A stretch of 64,000 nucleotides of DNA. Source: Eledone cirrhosa. Taxonomy: Eukaryota. A program made the position numbers and the translations under genes. Positions 54,187 through 64,000 of the stretch are shown here, one piece after another; position 1 is the first letter of the stretch; every line of letters starts with the position of its first letter. Location of the stretch: the NCBI GenBank assembly GCA_964016885.1, contig CAXHJY010001040.1, forward strand, positions 35,025 through 99,024, given 5' to 3'. The notes below the pieces were generated by a model, which saw only the letters and a program-made list of their open reading frames with translations, was not told the origin of the DNA and did no database searches.

Positions 54187-55803
54187 TACGATATTAAATA
54201 AATGGAAACTATATTTATAAAATCATATTTATTTCATTATATATATTTCAGGGATATCATATTAACAATATGCTATGCCTTCCTCAGACAAAATACAATA
54301 TAGACAGTTTTATAGATAAATAGATTTGACATACCGTTCAACATCGACTTGTATTTGAAAAGTTGATATGGCAGTGAAAATTGTAAACAGAAAGAAAGAA
54401 AGAGAGAAAGAAGGAAAGAAAGAAAAGAAAGAAAGAAAACGAAGAAAAAGAAGAAAAAAAAGAAGAAAAAGAAGAAATGCATGTAACAAAATAGAGAGAT
54501 GGAAAGATAGATAAAGAGAAGAACTTCATGTAAAGAAACAGAGAGAGATATATATAGAGAGAGGAAATAGATAGAGATAGATATATATAGAGAAAAGTAG
54601 GTAGTTGGACATCCGTTGAATAAACGTATCAATGATACATTTATTTATTTATTTAGCTCTAGTATTAATGTAAGGGAGATATATGTGGTTAGGAGAGAAA
54701 CCAGCTGTTATATAGAGAGAAAAGTGAAAAGTAACCAGACATAGGCGAGGCATAAAAACCCTATGTTTTAATGTAGAAGTATTAGTATGTATAAAAACCA
54801 GGCACTATAATGTAAATATCAGTATTCCTGAATGAGACACGTATCCATAATGTGTGAAAAGTAATGATCTTATGTTTAGTTTTAAAAATTCATGTTTATA
54901 TAACTACAAACATCGATGTGAATTTACGTGATCAACTCTGCAAACCCCAATTTCACACGGAGAACATTCTCATTGTGCTATAAAAATTTAAGTATACATA
55001 TATGTGTATATATATACACATATATATAGAGTCTATATTAATTTTAACAATACTATTCTTGTCTTTACTCTACATGATTATCTATCAAGCAGAAATAGAG
55101 AACAGATTTCAATATATTAAGCAAAAAATCTTCAACAGCACTATCAGGCGTACTCTGGCAACTTAAGCTAGATAACGTTAGATATTCGACGGCTTGGAAT
55201 ATAGTCTCAAGAGGGATTCCTTTTAATTCATCCTCTGAGACATGTGACCTCTGCGCAGAGGAGATATTCTTTATACTAAAATCTAAAAATTCCCTTAATC
55301 TACGGACAAATTTATTCAGTTGCTGCAAACAGATTAAATTCAACTTTTAAATATAAATTTAAATTTAAAATGTAGTATATTTAGTTTGATTTATAATTAT
55401 TTGGGAAACTAGCCGATAAATCTTTCGATTTCTTCTTTTTATTTTTTTATTTTTATTTAAACATTCTTCATGAAAAATTAAACTACCCTAAAAGTTGATG
55501 CTCCAAATATTTCGAATAAACGTTACACTAGATAAACTTCTATATTAAATATAAGAACACATGTAGACCAAATGGCCATCCTAAACTTTTTGAAATGATT
55601 TTTGCTAGACGCGATTTGATAAATAATTTTTAGCTTTATCTGTTTTCGACTCTGATGCTTATAATGAACTTGGCAATATATTGTCAATTAATTTTGAAGG
55701 GTTGATCTTTGTGGTTTATTTTTATTATTGTAGTATTTTCTAATATTTTTATTTTTAATATGTAATATTTTTTCGTAATATTTTTTAGTTTTCTATTTTA
55801 TTA

Positions 55804-55836
<33 letters not shown>

Positions 55837-56777
55837 TTTTTGTTTTTGTTTCTGATATTTTTTATTAATATATTGAAATCTGTTCTCTATTTCTGCTTGA
55901 TAGATAATCATGTAGAGTAAAGACAAGAATAGTATTGTTAAAATTAATATAGACTCTATATATATGTGTATATATATACACATATATGTATACTTAAATT
56001 TTTATAGCACAATGAGAATGTTCTCCGTGTGAAATTGGGGTTTGCAGAGTTGATCACGTAAATTCACATCGATGTTTGTAGTTATCATATAAACATGAAT
56101 TTTTAAAACTAAACATAAGATCATTACTTTTCACACATTATGGATACGTGTCTCATTCAGGAATACTGATATTTACATTATAGTGCCTGGTTTTTATACA
56201 TACTAATACTTCTACATTAAAACATAGGGTTTTTATGCCTCGCCTATGTCTGGTTACTTTTCATTTTTCTCTCTATATAACAGCTGGTTTCTCTCCTAAC
56301 CACATATATCTCCCTTACATTAATACTAGAGCTAAATAAATAAATAAATAAATAAATGTATCATTGATACGTTTATTCAACGGATGTCCAACTACCTACT
56401 TTTCTCTATATATATCTATCTCTATCTATTTCCTCTCTCTCTATATATCTCTCTCTGTTTCTTTACATGAAGTTCTTCTCTTTATCTATCTTTCCATCTC
56501 TCTATTTTGTTACATGCATTTCTTCTTTTTCTTCGTTTTCTTTCTTTCTTTCCTTCTTTCTCTCTTTCTTTCTTTCTGTTTACAATTTTCACTGCCATAT
56601 CAACTTTTCAAATACAAGTCGATGTTGAACGGTATGTCAAATCTATTTATCTATAAAACTGTCTATATTGTATTTTGTCTGAGGAAGGCATAGCATATTG
56701 TTAATATGATATCCCTGAAATATATATAATGAAATAAATATGGTTTTATAAATATAGTTTCCATTTATTTAATATCG

Positions 56778-56779
<2 letters not shown>
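54187..56779. repeat. Large inverted repeat: arms 54187-55120 and 55865-56779, 744-bp spacer
   Basis: Arms are reverse complements except for a few substitutions and microsatellite indels; mirrored ORFs at 54273- and 56364+. Confidence 0.95.
55069..55322 (-). CDS. Putative orphan coding exon of an unidentified helical protein (QLNKFVRRLREFLDFSIK...LYFCLIDNHVE)
   Basis: Non-repetitive open frame with protein-like composition. Acceptor tgtttgcag; possible donor GA|gtaaag, or a TAA stop at 55065. No family recognised. Confidence 0.4.
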
Positions 56780-56831
<52 letters not shown>

Positions 56832-56863
56832 TACATATACATATATATATACATATATATATA

Positions 56864-59800
56864 TCATCATCATCATCATCACCGTTTTACGTCCGTTCTT
56901 CCACGCTAGCATGGGTTAGACGGGTTGTCCTGTTGTGGGCAGTGTCTGGTCGGCTGACCATGCCTTGCTCATACAGGAACTGATCTGGCTTGATTTCTAC
57001 AGCTGGATGCCCTTCCTAACACCAACCTCATTTACAGTGAGTGCTGGGTGCTTTTTCGTGGCGCCTACACGTCCACTTTACAGTGTGGGCTGGGTGCTTT
57101 TTTGCCGTGGCACCTCCACGACCACCTTGCGGTGGGGGGGGGGGGGGGGCATATCGTTTATATGCTTCAGCATGTACCCATGGGAGGTCGGGTACCCTGT
57201 ATTACTGCGTGACGCCAGAAGTCACGGTCGTGTGTCATTGACTTTGAGAGGTGTAGTTGGGTAAGGTCGGCTTTTATCACCTCATCCCAAGTCATCTTGG
57301 GTCTCCCCACTCCGCGGTTTCCATCAACTTCTAGTGCTCTGCACCTTTTTATGCACCTGTCATCCTTCATACGCATCACATGTCCATACCAGCGTAACCG
57401 CCTCTCCTGCACGCAGCATTTGATTCCTCTTATGCTCAGTCTCTCTCTCAATTCATTTATGCTTTGTCGTTCACGTATATTACTGTTACACATCCATCGG
57501 AGCATGCAGGCTTCGTTTCTCTCTAATCTACGTAAGTCTTCCACCTTCAGCGCCCAGGTCTCACTACCATGCAACATCGCTGTTCGGATACACGCATCAT
57601 ACAGTCTGCCTTTCATTCTGAGGGAGAAGCCTTTTGCAGCTAGCAGTGGTAGTAGTTCCCTAAACTTCTTCCATCCCGTTCTTACCCTAGTTATTGTACT
57701 TTCTGAGCACCCACCTCCGTTGCTAATTCGGTCACCTAGGTAGCAGAAGCTGTCTACTGTTTCTACAGGGCCCTCCCAGAGATTGGTGGTACTTGTTTCC
57801 TGTGGCTGTTTGCTTGCTGTTTCAGCACAGCTGCTGCATGTGAATCCTACATTCTTAATTAAGCTTCCTGAGATCCCGCTACATCTCTTGTGTACCCATT
57901 GTTTGCATTTGGGGCAAAGAATGGAGTTCCTACCTACACCTTTCCTACATACTGAGCAAGGCCATTTCCCTGAGGGGATCTGGGTTCTGTTTTCTCGTCT
58001 ACTTATAAGGACCTTAGTCTTTGTCATGTTGACTTTGAGGCCCTTTCTCTCTAGTCCCTGCTTCCAGGTTTGGAATTTATTCTCTAGTTCTACCATAGAT
58101 TCAGCTATGAGTGCGAGGTCATCAGCATACAGGAGTTCCCATGGGCATCCGGTCTTAAACTCCTCCGTTATTGCCTGCAGGACTATGATGAACAGGAGAG
58201 GGCTAAGAACAGAGCCCTGGTGGACCCCAACCTGTACGCTAAATTCCTCGCTATACTCATTGCCAATCCTAACTTTGCTGACTGCTCCCCTATACATGGC
58301 TTGTACCGCTTTCACAAGCCATTCATCTACTCCTAGTTTTCTAAGAGCCCACCAGATTACTGCACGTGGAACTCTGTCAAAGGCTTTCTCAAGGTCGACA
58401 AATGCCAAGTAGAGTGGCTTACTTTTAGCTAGGTACTTTTCCTGTAATTGCCTCACAAGGAAGAGCGCATCAGTGGTGCCTTTCCCTGGAACAAACCCAA
58501 ATTGCATCTCGTCTATATTCACCCGGTCCCTAATCAGCTGTGCTATAACTCTTTCTGTTACTTTCATGACCTGGTCCATCAACTTTATACCTCTATAGTT
58601 TCCTCTATCTAGTGCATCGCCTTTACCTTTGTAGCAGTTGACAATGATGCTACTGCACCAATCTTTTGGTATGGCCCCCTCTAGTATTACCTGGTTAACG
58701 ATACGTGTGGTTATAGTGTGACCTACAGACCCAGATGCCTTCAGCATCTCGGCAGCTATACCCGATGGACCGGTTGCCTTCCCTATCTTCATATCTCTGA
58801 TTGCCTTACTTACTACGCTGCCGCTGACTTGTACTGCTGGTCCCTCTATAGGGTCTACGTGGGGTAGGGTCTCTTCTTCCCATGCATTCTCCTCATTTAG
58901 TAATCTATCATAATGACTCTTCCATGCATCTTTCTTCTCAGCACTTGTGAGGGCAAGCTCACCTTTATCATTCCGGATACACTTCTCTCCAATGACATCA
59001 CAACTATCTCTGACACACTGCCTCGCAATCTTGAATACCTCCTGTTTCTGGTCCTCACGTTGTAAAACATGCTTGAATTTTCTATCCTCTGCTTCCCTCC
59101 TAGCTAAGTATACTTGTCGCCTAGCTTCCCTCTTGGTCTCTATGTAATGTACCCTGCTCCCCCCCGTTCTTCCATTCTTTCCATGCCTGTCTCTTGGCCT
59201 TGACTGCTTCATCTACCTTATTGTTCCACCACCAAGTCACTCTCCTCCTGCTTGAGGTCTTACTCCAGCCACAAACCTCATCCGTCGCCTCTAGTAAGTT
59301 ATTTTTTAGGAACTCCCAGTTCTCTTCTACGTTAAATGTCTCTATCTGTTCTTCTTTACTGTCGTAGGCGTTGAGTAAAATATCTTTAAATCTGTTACTG
59401 GTTGAGGGGACTTTCAGCTTCCAGATCTTTCTTCTCCAGGTTGGCCTCTGTTTCAGGGCTCGTCTAGTTCTGACCGTGAGGTCGCTGACAACTAAGCTAT
59501 GTTGGGATGTACATTCCTCACTAGGGAAGGCTTTTGTGTTTACGACCGTCCATCTGTCACGTCCTCTGATGAGGATAAAATCTAACTGACTAGAGTGCTC
59601 CCCTGATCTATAGGTGATCAGGTGGTTGTCGGGTTTTTTAAAGTTTGTGTTACATATCGACATGTCATTGGCGTCGCAGAATTCTAGAAGTCTGAATCCT
59701 TCCTCATTCCTTGTGCCAACTCCATGGCCTCCATGTACTCTATTGAAGCCGTCGCAGTGTTTACCTACGTGTCCGTTAAAATCTCCTGCAATGATTAGGA

Positions 59801-59891
59801 AGTCCTTGTCGTCTGTTAGAGCAGTAGTGTGTATTAGGGACTCGTAAAACCTATCCTTAAGTTCGTCTGGCAGCCCCGCTGCCAGACGAAC
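56864..59891 (-). mobile_element. RTE-clade LINE, nearly intact ORF (partial APE endonuclease + RT), 5'-truncated
   Basis: GDFNGHVG and SQLDFIL endonuclease motifs; NYRGIKL, FVDLEKAFD, GVHQGSVLSP and LLYADD RT motifs. Single frameshift at a G run near 59160. 3' UTR ends in (GAT)n. Confidence 0.95.
57167..59212 (-). CDS. RTE LINE reverse transcriptase ORF (681-aa open segment)
   Basis: Complete RT domain with YADD, followed by a Cys-rich segment and an RLRWYGHV C-terminus. Confidence 0.9.
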   Translation of the reverse strand: MKQSRPRDRHGKNGRTGGSRVHYIETKREARRQVYLARREAEDRKFKHVLQREDQKQEVFKIARQCVRDSCDVIGEKCIRNDKGELALTSAEKKDAWKSHYDRLLNEENAWEEETLPHVDPIEGPAVQVSGSVVSKAIRDMKIGKATGPSGIAAEMLKASGSVGHTITTRIVNQVILEGAIPKDWCSSIIVNCYKGKGDALDRGNYRGIKLMDQVMKVTERVIAQLIRDRVNIDEMQFGFVPGKGTTDALFLVRQLQEKYLAKSKPLYLAFVDLEKAFDRVPRAVIWWALRKLGVDEWLVKAVQAMYRGAVSKVRIGNEYSEEFSVQVGVHQGSVLSPLLFIIVLQAITEEFKTGCPWELLYADDLALIAESMVELENKFQTWKQGLERKGLKVNMTKTKVLISRRENRTQIPSGKWPCSVCRKGVGRNSILCPKCKQWVHKRCSGISGSLIKNVGFTCSSCAETASKQPQETSTTNLWEGPVETVDSFCYLGDRISNGGGCSESTITRVRTGWKKFRELLPLLAAKGFSLRMKGRLYDACIRTAMLHGSETWALKVEDLRRLERNEACMLRWMCNSNIRERQSINELRERLSIRGIKCCVQERRLRWYGHVMRMKDDRCIKRCRALEVDGNRGVGRPKMTWDEVIKADLTQLHLSKSMTHDRDFWRHAVIQGTRPPMGTC

Positions 59892-59893
59892 TT

Positions 59894-59950
59894 AATATAT
59901 ATGTATATACATATATATATATATACATATATATATATACATATATATAC

Positions 59951-59997
<47 letters not shown>

Positions 59998-60008
59998 CAT
60001 ATATATAC

Positions 60009-60059
<51 letters not shown>

Positions 60060-60069
60060 CATATATACA

Positions 60070-60100
<31 letters not shown>

Positions 60101-60262
60101 CATATATATATATACATATATATATATACATATATATATACACATATATATATACATATATATATATATACATATATATATTAATATCATATATTATATA
60201 TATACATATATATACATATACATATATATATACATATATGTATATATATATATACATATATG

Positions 60263-60305
<43 letters not shown>

Positions 60306-60344
60306 TATATACATATATGTATATATATATATATACATATATAC

Positions 60345-60431
<87 letters not shown>

Positions 60432-60533
60432 CAATATAATATATATACATATATACATATATATGTATATATATTATACATATATACATATATGTATATA
60501 TATATACATATATATATATACATATATGTATAT

Positions 60534-60567
<34 letters not shown>

Positions 60568-61523
60568 CATATATATATACATATATATATACATATATGT
60601 ATATATATACATATATATACATATATATATATATATATACATATATATATTATATATGTGTATATATATATTATATATGTATAGTATATATAGTGTATAT
60701 ATATGTGTGTATAATATATAGTGTATATATATAATATATGTGTATAGTATATATATGTGTATATATATATAGTGTGTATATATATATATGTGTTAGTACT
60801 ATAGTATGTGTGTAATAATATAGTATGTGTAGTATATATAGTGAGTATATTGATACTAGTGACTATATATGTGATATACTATAATATATATATGATATAT
60901 ATATGTGATGTGATATATAGTAATATATATATATGAGTATATATATATAGTATATATATATATATATATAGTAATATATTATATATATATTATATATATT
61001 ATATATATACTATATATATATATATATACTATATATATATATAGATCAGTATATATATGTCGTATATATATATATATAGTGTATATATAGTATTATATAC
61101 TAGTATATATATGTGTAATACTATATAATATAGTATACAGTATTATTATCTAGTACACATATAATATATTATATACACATATACTATATATATACACCAA
61201 TATATAGTATATACACATATATATATATACAATATATCTATAGATATCACATATAGTATATATCTATACACATATATACTATATATACACATATATATAT
61301 ATACATATATATACACTATATACAATACTTATACATATACTATATATAATACATATACTCATATATCATATATACATATACATATACTATACAATATACC
61401 TTATCATATCCATATACTAGTACATATACCATATACATATATATACCATACATATATATATATGCAATACATATATATACATACATATATACTATATATA
61501 TACATATACATATACATACATAC

Positions 61524-61586
<63 letters not shown>

Positions 61587-61604
61587 CATATATAATATAT
61601 ATAC

Positions 61605-61651
<47 letters not shown>

Positions 61652-61676
61652 CACATATATATATATACACATATAC

Positions 61677-61730
<54 letters not shown>

Positions 61731-61740
61731 TATATATATT
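59894..61740. repeat. 1.85-kb (TA)-rich microsatellite with a scrambled middle
   Basis: Direct inspection. Confidence 0.9.
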
Positions 61741-61896
61741 GTTATACTTTGGGAGGGTCATGTTGCCAATAAGAAAACACACGCACCAGTTGCTTTCACT
61801 TCAATTTATTATATATTTATAAATTTACAAATTTACAAACTTATAAATTTCTGGTTGGTTGGTTGGTTCCACAACCAGATAGTTGTTTATATATAT

Positions 61897-61941
61897 AGTC
61901 ATAGTCGTTTCGTCACACACTCTGTGACCTCTTCAGTGACT
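61897..61941 (-). ncRNA. Minimal hammerhead in the 3' pseudo-LTR of the Penelope-like element
   Basis: AGTCA-CTGAAGA-gGTCACA gagtg TGTGAC-GAAA-CGAC-TA-TGACT. Confidence 0.75.
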
Positions 61942-63872
61942 GGGGATTCCTTTCTTCGTTTCTGTGCCTTTCCTTTCTTCTATCCTACGCCATTTTGTTT
62001 CTGTGTGTGTGTTGTGTGCTCAGTTTGCGCATGCGCCACGTCCGGGTGTCTGTGTGTGTTTGTGTTCATTTTTCTATTTGTTTATTTATTTATTTATTTA
62101 TTGTTGGTTGGTTGTTTGTTCTATGTGTGTGTGTGTTTTTATTTTGTCCTGTGTGTGTTTTCAATTGTAAGTTGTTTGTTCTATTTGTGTGTGTGTTTTC
62201 ATTTTGTCCTTAATTGTAAGTTGTGATGTTGCTGTTCCACTCATATTTTCTATTTAATTTTGGTTTTAATTCTTTTATGCTTACTGCCTCTGTAATTTGC
62301 CTAAACATTGTGTCTTTTCTGTGTGTGGATTCTATTTTTATTTCTATGCTCTCTAATCTACCCCTGTGTTCTATCTTAGCATGTTGGTAGAGCACAGATG
62401 ATTCTTTATTATCTTGGAGGTCTCGCCAGTGTTCATTTATTCGTTCCCCTATACTACGAGCTGTCTCACCTATGTACACTATATTTTTGTTTCTACATTG
62501 TCCTTCAGTACATCTTATGCTATACACTACATTTCTAATTTTACAGTTAATATGGGGGCTTATTTTACAGGTTATACATTTCTTATCTATACATGAGGGT
62601 CTTTGGAACGGGTATGTCTTGCTAATAAGTGTTTTTATGGAGGTACCAGGTCTTTCTACTATCTTAATATTGAGATTATGTTTATTTAGGGCCCTTCTAA
62701 ATTTGTAGGCTAGTTTGCCTCTAGGGGTTGTATTGATGAACATTACACTCTGGTATTTATTGCTATCATACCATGAGTTTATTCTATTGGCCTTGTTCCT
62801 AGTTCTTTCTATTCTATTCCAAAATTTGCTCCTATACAAGGGGCAGGTCCCATTTATGTCATTATTTACCATTTTTTCCCATTTGGTTCTGGCTCCTTTA
62901 TACACTCTGATTCTATCTCTCTGATTGTAGCCAGAGAACTGTATACGGTGGATGAAGTGTTGTATGTGTCTCTCTAGTTCTTCGGGGTTGCACATGCGGG
63001 ACACATTTCTCATCACCCGTACCAAATCCGCAATCAGTATGTTGATTTTGGTATGGTCCGAAATGGCCGAGTTTCGGTGGATCAGATGTTTGGAAGTCAT
63101 GGGTTTGGCATAATGGGAATGGAGGATTTGTTTTTGGTTGTTAATGGTATCTAACCAGAGCTCTGTGTCTAGTACAGGTAATCGATGGTTGGGGTGTCTT
63201 TTGGGTAGTCTATAGTAACACTAATGCTCTGGTGGATGGAGTTTGCTATTTGCTGGATGCTTTCCATTGTGTTTTTCTCTAGTTTCTGACTGTTCTTTAG
63301 TGGGGGTGTCTTAACTACGATGTTTATATCATCTACGTAGCGGGAGTACATTATCAGGGTTAAGCTGTCTTCTAATTGTTCATTAAGTTTTTGTTTAAGT
63401 CTACTGCCCACCATACCATGAATAAGTTAGCTATGTCTCCTGCAATGCTAACACCAATGGCTGCTCCTTCCTCTTGGGCATATGTTTTACCATTAAATTT
63501 GAACATATGTTCCTTAAGGGTTAATTTTATGCTGGCCCCTACCGCATGTGCAATCATTTTCTTCAGTTCATCGTGGTTTTCGGGTGTCCGTATGGCTCTG
63601 GTCCACCCGTTCCATCTATCTGTGTGGGTTTTCTTGGCCATTGAGGTAATGGTAGGTGGTCTGCCTCTTGCTGGTCTTGTAGGGCACAGGTTGCTAAGGT
63701 CATAAGTGTCTAGGTAATTATTACTATGGGTAAGCTTAAGTAGAAGTCCCAGCTCACTGGTATCAATCCCACGGAACTCAACCTTGCTCTCGCTGATGTC
63801 AACACACACACAGAAACAAAATGGCGTAGGATAGAAGAAAGGAAAGGCACAGAAACGAAGAAAGGAATCCCC

Positions 63873-63917
63873 AGTCACTGAAGAGGTCACAGAGTGTGTG
63901 ACGAAAGGACTATGACT
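63873..63917 (+). ncRNA. Minimal hammerhead in the inverted 5' pseudo-LTR copy
   Basis: AGTCA-CTGAAGA-gGTCACA gagtg TGTGAC-GAAA-GGAC-TA-TGACT; one base differs from the 61897 copy. Confidence 0.75.
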
Positions 63918-64000
63918 ATATATATAAACAACTATCTGGTTGTGGAACCAACCAACCAACCAGAAACTTATAAGTTTGTAAATTTGTAAATTTATAAATA

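Larger units (their letters stand above)
61741..64000 (-). mobile_element. Penelope-like retroelement (RT + GIY-YIG), 5'-truncated, with inverted pseudo-LTR
   Basis: RT motifs QEEGAAIG...ANLFMVWW and YSRYVDD; Cys-rich linker; GIY-YIG VVYSIRC...YIGETARSIGERINEH. Two frameshifts (~63405, ~63200). 63800-64000 is the reverse complement of 61814-62014. Confidence 0.92.

Noticed and set aside
57297-59847. Plus-strand ORFs of 66-209 aa over the LINE
   Set aside because: Antisense shadows of the RTE ORF, repeated in each copy.
62014-62210. Possible SECIS / selenoprotein PLE
   Set aside because: No in-frame UGA in the open GIY-YIG ORF, and the 3' region is simple AC-rich sequence with no SECIS-like stem visible.

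Overview
This is AT-rich, repeat-dense eukaryotic DNA. The repeat landscape (RTE LINEs with (GAT)n tails, tRNA-derived SINEs, long (TA)/(TACA) arrays) looks like an octopod cephalopod; that is an inference. The only host gene I can identify is PEX19 on the minus strand, with four in-phase GT-AG coding exons at 16054-16172, 14429-14630, 11054-11139 and 673-870. Its first exon was not found and its 3' exons lie left of the window. The rest is mostly mobile DNA: about 9 RTE-clade LINE copies (one nearly intact), two Penelope-like elements (PLEs) with GIY-YIG endonucleases (one with an inverted pseudo-LTR), several Helitrons, hAT and TTAA-flanked MITEs, SINEs and microsatellites. The most notable hidden signal is a dense set of type I hammerhead ribozyme motifs from several unrelated sequence families. 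These include one with a ~95-nt extended stem II that is sense to the PEX19 pre-mRNA, a head-to-head hammerhead palindrome, and one next to a perfect 64-bp inverted repeat. Also notable are a palindromic Helitron terminus that acts as a junction between elements and a ~0.93-kb inverted duplication overlapping an orphan exon-like ORF. All folds and alignments were done by eye.
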